Virus record (IMG/VR): IMGVR_UViG_3300017776_000014
Location: 1-57,568 of that record
Origin: a virus
DNA: 57,568 bases
Direction: 5' to 3' (one strand)
The position numbers and the translations under genes were made by a program. This document shows positions 43,070 to 53,700 of the stretch, one piece after another. Numbering within the stretch: the stretch's first letter is position 1; each line of letters opens with the position of its first letter. The notes under the pieces are model-generated. The model did no database searches. It was not told the DNA's origin and saw nothing but the letters and a program-made list of their open reading frames with translations.

Positions 43070-44812
43070 ATGCCAACAGAACCTTTAACTATTTCTAATC
43101 TGACAGAGATTGGGCTAGTAGTTGATACTCCTGCAGTATCTCTCCCACCAAATGTCTTTAGCGATGTTCAAAACGTGCGGTTCCGTGATGGAGCAGTACA
43201 AAAGTTTCCTGGAGAAACAGACCGATTTACTTCTACTGGTATAGACTATGTAGCTTTTTGGCCTGCTCCTTCTGGAGATAAGTACGTTGTTATCCGTGGA
43301 ACTACTTTACAGATTTTAAATGCTAGCTATAGTAATGTGTCTTACACAAACCCAGAGTCTATATCTATATCTGATAGCTCTAATTGGCAGCATACTTTAT
43401 TCAATGGTGGATTTCACATCATTATTAATAATGGTGCTCAGGCGCCAATGTATATACAAGACGACTCCACTCCGGTAATTAAAAAGCTACCAGGGTGGGA
43501 AAGCTATGCACCAAGCACAGCTATTAAAACCTTTGAGTACGAAGGAGAAACAGGCGCGTATAAAACTATTTCTACAGCTCTTGCTTCAGGTGATAAGATA
43601 AAAGTAGAAATGATTCCTAAAAGCGCAGCTACACCTAGACGCTCTGAAACTGTAACTGTTAATGGATCAGTTAATGGAGTTACACCGGATGGAACACTAG
43701 TAGATATTGGAACTATTGATAATGTGTCTGCTACGGCGTTTAGGTTTACTCCTAATGATGGATTAGGCGGAAGCCAATTTATTATTTCTCTCGTAGCACA
43801 AAACCCCGTAACAGCTGTAACAGCAGGTGTTATTAGAGCTTACGGAAATCTATTAGTCGCAGGTAATCTAGCAGAGACTGGTGGTAATGGTAGGAAACTA
43901 ACAGGTGTAGTTAGAACTTCAGACGTTGCTCCGCCTGGAAATATGCCGTTAGGATGGAACCCGTTTGAGATAGGTGCTAGTACTGCTGATGAGTTCACTC
44001 TCTCGTCAACAGGGACAATCCAGGACATGGCTGAACTGCAAGGAGTATTGTACATCTACACGGATACTTCAATACATGCTCTACAGCGCACTGGTAATTC
44101 ATTTATACCTTTTCAGTTTTCGACTATAACAGATAGCTACGGTGCTAATAATACTGGATCTGTTTTACAAGTTGATGGTAAACATATTGTGTATGGCTCA
44201 GGAGATGTGTACGTTTTTGCTGGGCATCCAGGATCAATTGCATCAATCGCAGATGGAAGAGTAAGAAGTATCTTTAGGCAAGGCCATGATTACAAAGCAG
44301 TACGCTTTAACTTGTTTGATGAGATATGGTTCTATAGAAATAATGCAACTCAATACGTTTGGAATTACAGAAAAGATGTATGGACAAAAAGAGTTGGCTC
44401 CGCTCCACTTGCACTAGACAGCATAGATAATAATTTAATCTTAGCAACTGCTACAAAACTAAAGACAGTGAATGAGAATTATCTAAGTGAGTCTTACGTA
44501 GAGCGTAGAAGAATCTCTATAACTCCTGAGTTTGACACAGAATCTTTATCATCCATTGCTTTCATAGTTGAAGGTAGTGGAACATTAGAAGTAGATGCTG
44601 TTGGATCAAATGCTCCTGGAGATAATAAAGATCCTACTGCTTCTGCTAGTGGCCAAATGAACACAACTAGTTTTAACATTGCTAACGATTATAAGCAAGA
44701 CATAAGAGTGCATGGTCGCTTTTTAAACTACAGAGTTACGCATACATCCACATCAAATACATTTAATCTTACAGGAATGCAATTTGGTGTTTCTAAAGGA
44801 GGTCAACGCTAA
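43070..44812 (+). CDS. Virion structural protein (580 aa), function unknown
   Basis: Large ORF with an AGGAGG Shine-Dalgarno, in the tail/virion context. Confidence 0.6.
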   Translation: MPTEPLTISNLTEIGLVVDTPAVSLPPNVFSDVQNVRFRDGAVQKFPGETDRFTSTGIDYVAFWPAPSGDKYVVIRGTTLQILNASYSNVSYTNPESISISDSSNWQHTLFNGGFHIIINNGAQAPMYIQDDSTPVIKKLPGWESYAPSTAIKTFEYEGETGAYKTISTALASGDKIKVEMIPKSAATPRRSETVTVNGSVNGVTPDGTLVDIGTIDNVSATAFRFTPNDGLGGSQFIISLVAQNPVTAVTAGVIRAYGNLLVAGNLAETGGNGRKLTGVVRTSDVAPPGNMPLGWNPFEIGASTADEFTLSSTGTIQDMAELQGVLYIYTDTSIHALQRTGNSFIPFQFSTITDSYGANNTGSVLQVDGKHIVYGSGDVYVFAGHPGSIASIADGRVRSIFRQGHDYKAVRFNLFDEIWFYRNNATQYVWNYRKDVWTKRVGSAPLALDSIDNNLILATATKLKTVNENYLSESYVERRRISITPEFDTESLSSIAFIVEGSGTLEVDAVGSNAPGDNKDPTASASGQMNTTSFNIANDYKQDIRVHGRFLNYRVTHTSTSNTFNLTGMQFGVSKGGQR

Positions 44813-47800
44813 TGACGACTTTAATCCACCCTCCAATTACTGGTGATCCGCAACTAGATAGTTGGACATACCGACTAACAAGTTTGATAAACCAAGGGTT
44901 AAACGCAGGGGAAATCTCAGCGTCTCAATCGAGTGTGGATTCTGGAAGCACAGCGCTTTTCCTATATCAAAGATCAACATCAAATTCTACTGCTCCAACC
45001 TTACCTACTAGTGTAGTATATAATTTTGAAAACTCACCCATAGTTTCATCTGCGAATAATGGATGGACTTCAACGATTCCTACTACAGGTGGTGATAACG
45101 TATGGGTTACTCTACGGTATGTTGCGGCAAGAAGCGGTACTATAACCGGGTCTAACTCATGGAATACTGCAGCGCTTTTAGGAACTGGTGGTGCAGATGG
45201 CGCTGACGGTGTTGATGGGGATGATGGTAAATCGGTAGCTGCTTTATCTATTTATAAACGGTCAAGCTCTACTATATCACAAGCTCCTACAGGAGGCAGT
45301 TATAACTTTAACAGCAATGCTATATCTCCTCCGACTGGTTGGAGTGCAAGCGTTCCATCTGGAACAGGAACTGTTTATATATCCTTGAGTACAGCTACTA
45401 GCGCTGCAGGGGGTACAGGCACAGATTCTAGTTTAACTTGGGGTGTTCCTGATTTATATCTACAAGATGGAGCAGCTGGCGCGCCTGGGACAGACGCAAG
45501 GTCTACATACCAAGCATTAATATTTATACGTGCTGCATCCGCTCCAAGCACACCTTCGGGTGGAAGTTTTAACTTTGGTACAAATACTTTAACAACCCCT
45601 TCAGGATGGTCAGCTTCAGTACCTTCAGGAACTAATCCAATATATGCATCCCGCGGATTGTTCTCCGTCTCAGGAGATACAGGTACAGATTCAACTGTAT
45701 CGTGGAGTGCACCTGAATTGTTTGTTCAAAATGGTACTAACGGAACTAATGGTACTAACGGAACTGACGGAACTGATGGGGCTGATGGGTTAAGCACTTA
45801 TTTCTTTCCAATCTACAAAAGGTCTAGTTCTACTATATCATCAGCTCCTACTGGAGGTAGTTATAACTTTGGAAATAATACAGGTACCGCTCCTACTGGG
45901 TGGTCTACTACTGTACCTTCCGGAACTAATCCTCTATATATAAGTACAACTGTTGCTTCTGTACAAGGAACAACTGCTACAGACTCTTCACTTACGTGGA
46001 GCACACCTGTAATAATATCTCAAAATGGTGCAGATGGTGTTGATGGTGCCGCTGGTAGTAATGGATCTTCAGTAGCATTTGTATCAATATATCAAAGAGC
46101 ATCCTCTGCGCCAAGTGCTCCATCGTCTGGCGGCAGCTATAACTTTACTAATAACACTTTAACAGCTCCTAACAATTGGTATACAAGTGTTCCTTCAGGA
46201 AATAACCCTGTGTACATGTCAGTCTCTACTGCTATAAGCGCGGCAGGAGGTGGAGGTACAGACTCTACTTTAACTTGGGGAACACCTACATTATTAGCTC
46301 AAAATGGAGCTGATGGTGCTGATGGTAATGATGGAGGTACTGGTGCTACCGGTGCCGCAGGCTCTGATGGTGTATCTACTTATCAAGCTATAGTATTCCA
46401 ACGCGCAACTTCTGCGCCAAGCGCACCTACTAATGGAAGCTTTAACTTTGGTAATAACACGCTTACAAATCCTACAGGGTGGTCTGACACAGTGCCCAGC
46501 GGTAATAACCCGATATACGCTACAAGAAATTTGTTTAGTATATCAGGAGATACTGGAACCGATACTTCTGTCAACTGGTCGACACCTACATTGTTTGTTG
46601 AAAATGGTACTAATGGGACTGATGGAGCGGATGGATTAAGCACATTCTTATTTCCAATTTATATTAGAGCTAGCTCAGCTCCAAGTACTCCCACAGGAGG
46701 TGCTTATAACTTTGGCACAAACTCTGGAACTGCGCCAAGTGGATGGAGTACAAGCGTTCCATCCGGGACAAATCCAATTTATGTATCTACTAGTCTTGCT
46801 ACTGTGCAAGGCGCAACAGGATCTGATACCTCACTTACATGGTCTTCACCTCAAATCTTAGCTCAAAATGGAGCTGATGGACAAGACGGTGATGATGGTG
46901 CGGATGCTCCTCGATTAGCCCAAAGAACTATATATACAAACCCAGCGGTTGCTACAGCTCCTTCAGCGCCTGCTGCCACTGTGACTTGGTCAACTGGTGC
47001 TTTATCTGGTATGTCTAGTGGGTGGTCAGAATCTCCTCCTACGCAAAGCGCAACAAGTAGTGATAGTGTATACTCTTCCGTTGTGGTATTTAATGATACT
47101 TCCGGAACCGCTACAACTACTACCGCAACTGGTGCAACTCCTGTAAAAGCTACAGAGTTCTCTGGACTAGTTACTTTCTCCAGTGGAGACTTTGTAACAG
47201 GCGGAGCTACCATCACTAACATTGATGGTGGCAACATTACTACGGGAAGTATATCTGTCAACAGGTTAAGTGTGACTGGTGCGTCTGATGGGAACTATCT
47301 CTCTATTGCTAGTGGGCAATCTGTATGGAGACCTACTGGATTTCTCCACTCAGCTACTTCCTCTGGATCGTACACCCTCCAAGGCGGACAAACTCAAACA
47401 GTTAAGATTGAGATATGGGGCGCTGGTGGAGGAGGTGGAGGTGGACACACGAATGGCACTGGTGGAGGCGGTGGAGGCTACGCTAGTTTTACAGCTTCAT
47501 TATCAAACTTAGGTGGTGTTGGCACAAGTATTTCTTACACTATTGGTAGTGGTGGTACTGGAAGTAATGATACTAATGAAGGAGCAGGAAGTGGAGGTAC
47601 TACAACTGTTACAGTACCAAGCGTCGGCAACGCGACAGCTTCCGGCGGAACCGGAGGTAGTAGCGCAGGCAACCAATCTCAACGCAGTAGCGCGCCCGGT
47701 GGGTCTGGATCACTTTCAACCGCTGTTAGTGCTATCGCTACCCTTTCTCTTTTACAAAGTGGTGGTTCTACTTCAGGTTTATCGAGTAATGGATATTTAT

Positions 47801-48027
47801 CCGGTGGAGCTACTGCTAACGTGACGCATGCAGGTGGTGGTGGTTCTACGAAAGCACGGGGAGGCCAAACATCTTCAGCTGGTACTTCTGATAATGGTGG
47901 TAATGGTGGTTCAATTACACAAAATGGTAATGAACCAGGAGGCGGAGGTGGTGCTAATGGTGGAAGCTATGGCAACTCTCCAGGAGGTAATGGTGCTGCG
48001 GGTCGCATTGTTATAACGGAGACGTAG
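44812..48027 (+). CDS. Repeat-rich virion surface/fibre protein (1071 aa) with collagen-like G-X-Y runs and a Gly-rich C-terminal domain
   Basis: About seven units of about 100 aa (..Y..R.SSAPS.P.GGS.NF..N....P.GWS.SVPSGTNP.Y......G..GTDS.LTW..P....QNGADG.DG..). NGTNGTNGTNGTDGTDGADG at about 45730-45790. IEIWGAGGGGGGGHTNGTGGGGGGYASF near the C-terminus. Confidence 0.75.
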   Translation: MTTLIHPPITGDPQLDSWTYRLTSLINQGLNAGEISASQSSVDSGSTALFLYQRSTSNSTAPTLPTSVVYNFENSPIVSSANNGWTSTIPTTGGDNVWVTLRYVAARSGTITGSNSWNTAALLGTGGADGADGVDGDDGKSVAALSIYKRSSSTISQAPTGGSYNFNSNAISPPTGWSASVPSGTGTVYISLSTATSAAGGTGTDSSLTWGVPDLYLQDGAAGAPGTDARSTYQALIFIRAASAPSTPSGGSFNFGTNTLTTPSGWSASVPSGTNPIYASRGLFSVSGDTGTDSTVSWSAPELFVQNGTNGTNGTNGTDGTDGADGLSTYFFPIYKRSSSTISSAPTGGSYNFGNNTGTAPTGWSTTVPSGTNPLYISTTVASVQGTTATDSSLTWSTPVIISQNGADGVDGAAGSNGSSVAFVSIYQRASSAPSAPSSGGSYNFTNNTLTAPNNWYTSVPSGNNPVYMSVSTAISAAGGGGTDSTLTWGTPTLLAQNGADGADGNDGGTGATGAAGSDGVSTYQAIVFQRATSAPSAPTNGSFNFGNNTLTNPTGWSDTVPSGNNPIYATRNLFSISGDTGTDTSVNWSTPTLFVENGTNGTDGADGLSTFLFPIYIRASSAPSTPTGGAYNFGTNSGTAPSGWSTSVPSGTNPIYVSTSLATVQGATGSDTSLTWSSPQILAQNGADGQDGDDGADAPRLAQRTIYTNPAVATAPSAPAATVTWSTGALSGMSSGWSESPPTQSATSSDSVYSSVVVFNDTSGTATTTTATGATPVKATEFSGLVTFSSGDFVTGGATITNIDGGNITTGSISVNRLSVTGASDGNYLSIASGQSVWRPTGFLHSATSSGSYTLQGGQTQTVKIEIWGAGGGGGGGHTNGTGGGGGGYASFTASLSNLGGVGTSISYTIGSGGTGSNDTNEGAGSGGTTTVTVPSVGNATASGGTGGSSAGNQSQRSSAPGGSGSLSTAVSAIATLSLLQSGGSTSGLSSNGYLSGGATANVTHAGGGGSTKARGGQTSSAGTSDNGGNGGSITQNGNEPGGGGGANGGSYGNSPGGNGAAGRIVITET

Positions 48028-48028
48028 T

Positions 48029-48352
48029 ATGAAAGCAACAATAGAAAAAGATGGTGTTATTATTAACGTTATCGAAATTCCTGATGATGCTAACCACAGC
48101 GACTTCGGGACTCGCGAATATTTGACTACAGATAATATATCAGATTCTGTGATGCAGTCAGAGTATGCAAGACAAAGACAGAGTGAAAGAACTAAAGTTT
48201 TTTCTATTACTATAGATAAGCTTAATCCAATATGGTATAACTCGTTAACTTCAACACAACAGAGTAATCTAGCTACGTGGAGACAACAGTGGTTAGACTA
48301 TCCTTCTACTGGAACAATTCCAAATGAGGCTTTAGTACAGGATATATTTTAA
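48029..48352 (+). CDS. Hypothetical protein (107 aa)
   Basis: ORF. The C-terminal W.QQWLDYP resembles chaperone-like motifs, but weakly. Confidence 0.55.
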   Translation: MKATIEKDGVIINVIEIPDDANHSDFGTREYLTTDNISDSVMQSEYARQRQSERTKVFSITIDKLNPIWYNSLTSTQQSNLATWRQQWLDYPSTGTIPNEALVQDIF

Positions 48353-48765
48353 TGGGGACAAGAATGCTAACTGGTGAGGAGCTAGCACTACGCTGGCACA
48401 TCATCGAACCTTACGTACGTAAATCCCTCGCCTATGGGTTGGGGGATTTAACTACGTATGACATCTTCATCGAATGCCAACAATTCATTTGTCAATGTTG
48501 GGTTAGGGAAGAGGAACATGGAGTTATCAATGGCGTCGCCATAACCAGACTACTTACGCATAAGCAATATAAAGAGATGGTAATTGTCTGTACAACTTCA
48601 GAGGGTTGGTTTGAACACGGCCCAGAGATATTAGAGATGCTTGAACAATTCGGTAGAGATATGGAATGTAAGTACGCTTCCGTCTATGGAAGGAAGGGTT
48701 GGGTCCGAGCATTAAAGGATTATGGGTATGAAGAACCATACACAACACTGATGAAAGAATTATAA
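48352..48765 (+). CDS. Hypothetical protein (137 aa), weak GNAT-like pattern
   Basis: TAATG overlap with the upstream gene. YGRKGWVRAL could be a Q/RxxGxG/A-like motif. Low confidence in the function. Confidence 0.5.
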   Translation: MGTRMLTGEELALRWHIIEPYVRKSLAYGLGDLTTYDIFIECQQFICQCWVREEEHGVINGVAITRLLTHKQYKEMVIVCTTSEGWFEHGPEILEMLEQFGRDMECKYASVYGRKGWVRALKDYGYEEPYTTLMKEL

Positions 48766-48780
48766 TGGAGGTGCCACACG

Positions 48781-49464
48781 ATGAGTGGAGGTGGAAGTCA
48801 AACAACAGAGTCAGGATTACCTGATTGGGCTCGTCCCGCGGTAGAGAGTTCGTTAAATCAAGCAGTATCTTTACATGGTGATGGTGCGTTTTCCCACGTA
48901 GAAAACTTAACTCCCGAGCAACAAGCAGCTATGAAGGCTAAAGCAGAACTTGGTGGGCAAGGTGGTGTGATGGATCAAATCGCGCACGATGCCTATGGTG
49001 GGACGCAAGCATATAGAGATGCGGCTGCGGGCACAGGACTGTTTGGAGCGGATGCTTTAGGTAAACAAACAGCGGCTATGAAAGATAGTATTGGTCAAGC
49101 TGTTAAAGATCAAATGGGTGGACTAGCTGGACAATATTCCCATCAAGGGAATTTAGGTTCTGCTAGAAGTGAAGCTGCTATGAACCAAGCGCTAACTAAA
49201 ACGGGTGCTGATATAGCGGCTAATGAGTTAGCGAACCGGAGAGGATTTGCTATGCAAGGCGCTGGTGGTACTTTAGGTGCGACTGGTACATTGCAACAAG
49301 GATTTCAAACTGGTTCAGATATGCTGCAAGGTGTTGGAGATGCTTTACAACAACAAGGACAGAATGAAGGAGACGCTGCTTACCAAGGTATACAACGTCT
49401 ATTCGGATTGATGGGTTCTCCTGCTATTGGACAGAAGCAGATCTCTACTAAGAGAGGCAAGTGA
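48781..49464 (+). CDS. Internal virion protein candidate (227 aa, Gly/Ala/Gln-rich)
   Basis: Call based on composition and on its position at the head of the ejection-protein block. Confidence 0.55.
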   Translation: MSGGGSQTTESGLPDWARPAVESSLNQAVSLHGDGAFSHVENLTPEQQAAMKAKAELGGQGGVMDQIAHDAYGGTQAYRDAAAGTGLFGADALGKQTAAMKDSIGQAVKDQMGGLAGQYSHQGNLGSARSEAAMNQALTKTGADIAANELANRRGFAMQGAGGTLGATGTLQQGFQTGSDMLQGVGDALQQQGQNEGDAAYQGIQRLFGLMGSPAIGQKQISTKRGK

Positions 49465-49465
49465 T

Positions 49466-50131
49466 ATGAGTTTTGGTGGTAATCCAACTATGAAGTCAGG
49501 ACCTCCCATACAGCCGGGTGCTAATGTGGGTATTTGGTCTCCTCCCCCTACAGGTACGTATACTCCCTCCACAGCTCCAACATCTGTATGGACTCATAAT
49601 CCAAACGCAGGTACGCAGACAGGTATACCTCAAGGCGGACATGCACAAGGGGCTATCGCACAGTACTTACAAGGAACTTCTCCTGTAAAACTATCATACG
49701 ATAGCGCAGCTCATGATGCATGGTTGAATGATGCATTAGCAAAAGCTAGAAAAGCGGGTGAAGTTAGGTATGAAGAATCTAAACAAAGCCGAGCTTCTGC
49801 TGCAGTTGCTCCACCTCCTAGGAAGAAGGGAATTTCAGTTGCTGAGCAGTTGAGGCTAGACAGAATTAAAGCTTCTGAAAACCAATCTTATGCTCCTACC
49901 TACTATAGTAAGAAGCGTGCTGAAAATATAGCAACAACTGGTGGCGAAGAACGTAAAAAGCAAGGTGCAAAACCATACACACCTCCATCTGAAAAAGTTA
50001 TTAAAAATCTTTCTGGTGCTACTATGAAAGGTGGACTTGGTGTTGGCGCAGGGTTTGATGGAAGAGACTTATTTGGGCCTATGAATAAAGGCGGCCGAGT
50101 ATGTGGACCTATAGGGAGAAAGAAGTACTGA
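49466..50131 (+). CDS. Internal virion protein candidate (221 aa)
   Basis: ATG at 49466 after GAGAGG. The C-terminal KGGRVCGPIGRKKY motif is shared with the next gene. Confidence 0.55.
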   Translation: MSFGGNPTMKSGPPIQPGANVGIWSPPPTGTYTPSTAPTSVWTHNPNAGTQTGIPQGGHAQGAIAQYLQGTSPVKLSYDSAAHDAWLNDALAKARKAGEVRYEESKQSRASAAVAPPPRKKGISVAEQLRLDRIKASENQSYAPTYYSKKRAENIATTGGEERKKQGAKPYTPPSEKVIKNLSGATMKGGLGVGAGFDGRDLFGPMNKGGRVCGPIGRKKY

Positions 50132-50754
50132 TGTATTATGATCCAAGAGAACAGCAAAAGCGACAGCAAGAAATTAAGATTGCTCAATCAAACGCTGCAG
50201 TAACTCCTATAACTCCTACAGGTCCTCTCTCAGCACCACATATGCAGAAAGGTATGATGCAAGAAACTACGGAAGACTTTGGTAAGCAAGTATTTACTAA
50301 GATTCTTACAGCTATGTTTGGTGGCATGAATGTTGGTGGACCTATAGGGAAGAAGCGTATGGGTTATAACCACGGTGGTGAAGCTCAACCAATGAACTTT
50401 TTCTCTGCTGCTCAACATAAGATGAAGATGAAAGAGTATGAAGTTCAGAAAGCGCAAGAGCGTGCAGATAAAGCGGCTGCTGCTAAGGAACGCCGTGCTG
50501 AAGAAGCTCACGCTGCTAAGCTAGCTCGTGAGGCTATTAAAGAATCTGGTATGGTACGCAGTGGAACTGTAGCATTCCAAGAACCTCCAGCGATTATGAC
50601 AAGTATTCTTGGAAGTCAAACGTTCCCTTCATATAAGGAGACAGGCTCTCCTCACGTCTACAAATCGCAGGCTGGACTAGAAGAGCAAGCAGCTCGAGAA
50701 GAGCACGCAAAGAAAGTCGGATTCCCATACTTCATAAGTCGGGAAGGGAGATAG
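50131..50754 (+). CDS. Internal virion protein candidate (207 aa)
   Basis: TGATG overlap with the upstream gene. It contains NVGGPIGKKRMGY, similar to the motif in the previous protein. Confidence 0.55.
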   Translation: MYYDPREQQKRQQEIKIAQSNAAVTPITPTGPLSAPHMQKGMMQETTEDFGKQVFTKILTAMFGGMNVGGPIGKKRMGYNHGGEAQPMNFFSAAQHKMKMKEYEVQKAQERADKAAAAKERRAEEAHAAKLAREAIKESGMVRSGTVAFQEPPAIMTSILGSQTFPSYKETGSPHVYKSQAGLEEQAAREEHAKKVGFPYFISREGR

Positions 50755-50756
50755 AT

Positions 50757-53700
50757 ATGAAAGATCTTACTGATCCAACAAATAGGGATAGCGTCCCCGC
50801 GATGCTCACCCCAGGGGAGTACGTCCTCAATAAGGAAGCTACGGAGATGTACGGTCCTATCATCGAACAAATGAATGAGAATGGTTTGGCTGCACGCGCG
50901 GAGGGGAATATGGGAGTACTCTCTTTAAATACTGGTGGTTCATCTCTAAGGCCTAAAGCAAGACCAGATAAATTCAAACCTTATGACTTGCAAGAAGGTA
51001 TAATTGAAACCGCAAAAATACTTAAAATATCTCCTTTAGATTTAGCTACTGTTATATCTTACGAAACAGCCGGAACATTTGATCCTTTGAGAAAAGGTCC
51101 AGTGACTAAACACGGAATGCACAAAGGGCTTATTCAGTTTGGAACAGGAAGTAAAGATGGATCGGTTGCAAAAGGTTCTATAGCAGATGAGTTTGATGTT
51201 GAGTTCAATACTAAAAACTCATCTTTAAGGTCGCAATTAGGATACATGGGTGAAGATGGTAACTGGGTTCCTGGTGCGATTGTTAAACACTCTTTAGCTA
51301 GAGGATTTAAGCCAGGAGAACATGGAGCTCTTGACCTATACTCTTCTATAAATGCTGGTGGAGTTGGACCTAAAGCACATGGTAAGACAGATGAGTTTGC
51401 AGGCGGTATGCCCGGCACTGTTTCTCAAAAATTAAATACAATGTACGAAGACGCTGGAAATATAACTCATTTAGATAGAGCGAAGGCATTATTTCCAGAT
51501 TGGATGGATAAAGGTATGGATCATTACTTACCTCCTATCATAACCACAAATGAAACAGGAGCAGTAGAAACATCCATAAATCCTAAATCAAGACCTACTT
51601 CTGTAGGAATACCTCAAGAAGTACAGGTGGATCAAACACCTACACTTCCGCAGCAAGAACAACCTGTTGTGATGCCGCAAGTACCTCAACAAGTACAGCC
51701 TTCTCCTATGTTAGAAGTGCCTGTGCAAGGGTACCCTGATGCTGGTGTGTTTATTCCTGACTTTGCACCACAACAAGAGCTTATTCCTAATCCTAGCTAT
51801 AGTCCTCCTGGAACTATTAAGGAAGAGTCTAATCCCCAGTTACGTAATGAAATCTATTTAGGACCTGAAACAAACGTTCGGCCTTTACAGATTAAAAATC
51901 CTACAGGGGAGGTACCTGCTGAAGATGCAGATGATGGCTTTTCTTGGAGCGATTATTTTAGGGACGCTGCTGTTAGCACGTATAATTACTTAATGCCTCG
52001 TCAATTTGAAATGCAGGCAGTTCCCTCCGTAGCTGAGGATTTGCAACGCGATCTTTATCGTAGAGGCCCTAGCCAGTACGTAGGTGGAATGGTGTTTAAC
52101 CAAGGAGGTCCTGTGCAACATTTAAATCCCGGCGGTAGAGCTGGAGGAAAGAAGAAGGTATGGGATTCTGCTACGCAAAGTTACATATGGGTAGGACCTA
52201 GTGATCCTCGTCACACTGGCAATGCGCCTACTATTAATGAGGATAGAGTACCTCGCGTAAATCCTAATCCTGCTCCCTTTACTTTTGACTTAACTTCTAA
52301 TATGCCTGTACGTCCAGGTCAAGACAATGTAGTTCAACCTACATCTAACACAATGGTCCCACCCTCACCGCTTAACATTCCGACTATGCCTAATCCTACG
52401 GTAGATGCAGAGCCAATAGTTGTGGATACTGCACCGGCACCAATGAGTGATGAGGCATTGCTGAATACTTCATCTCAAATTGTTGAGCAAAGGGAAGATA
52501 TTGCAGAAGCAAATAGACTAAAGCATAATGCACAGCTAAGAGAGTATGCTCGTCAGTTTCCTGAAGGAGATCCTAGACGTATTGAAGCGTTTAACAATGT
52601 GCTACATCAAAAAGCTGCAGCTCATCCTAGTTATGCTAATGATAGGCCTATTGAATCGGGACTTGTAGCGCAAGCCCCTCCAGTTCCACCACAGCCTTCA
52701 CCTATTAATTACTCTCAACTAAGCGAAGATGCTTTGATTACACTATCAGATGATGGAGATGAAACTGCTTCAGATGAAATTAGGAGACGCAACGATTTAG
52801 TAAATGTTGTAGACCCTATCATTGAAGATCAGCGCAACTTAGGTTATACTGATTTAACGGCGCCGGGTATACATGATTCTAGGCCTGATATAGGAAACCT
52901 AGGACCTGGTATATACGCAGAAGCAGATCACCTTGGCGCTTTATCGCCTGGAGTTATTGCTGAGTTAGGTCCTGAAAATGTTCCTACGTTAGACGGAACT
53001 GTAATCCCATCAACTCATGAGTTAGCTCTTATGGATCCTAGTAGTCCTGAAACATTAGATGCATTAGCTCTTGCAGATGTGGTTGATGTGAATGCTACAG
53101 TAGACTTTGACGATCCTCGCGGTCCTGACCAACGTCAAACTGTTGAGCAGGCGCAAGACTCTAGTCAACGTGAAGCAACTGTTAGAAGTAAAGTTGCAGA
53201 AGTTGATGAGGGTGAAGGTCCAGCTTCTAATATAAGTAATGATGAAGCAGCAAGTAAAGGTGCTGCAGTTATTGCTGAAAATCCAGCTGAAGAATCCAAA
53301 GCTATGTCTGCTATTAAAGGATTCTTTGGAGACCTCTTCACAGCGGATGAGTTGAAACGTGCAGCTGTTCTATTTGTTGGTGCTATGTTAACTGGTGCAA
53401 CACCTGGGCAGGCACTTGCGTTTGCTGGTAAAGACTATCTATCTCGTGGAGATGCACATAGTAAGTATGTCAAAGAGTTAATGGAAGAAGGCGACCATAC
53501 TACTGCATCGATTAAGGCGTATAGTAAAAGTAAAAACTTAGAAGACCTAGTTCCAAAGCAAGCTATGCGCGAAGGCACAGGGGAATATAAAGCAGTGTTT
53601 AGCCCTAGTGGTCAACGTATTAGAGCTATGAAAGTAAACGTAGGAACTAATCAAAACATCTGGGTTAATGCTAAAACTGGTGAAAGAATTCCTGGATATT

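Noticed and set aside
46383-48016. ORFs overlapping the 1071-aa repeat protein (46383..46643 -, 46433..46639 +, 46863..47261 -, 47279..47512 +, 47513..47824 +, 47828..48016 +)
   Set aside because: They are frame-shadow products of Gly/Ala/Thr-rich repeats, nested in a continuous 1071-aa ORF.
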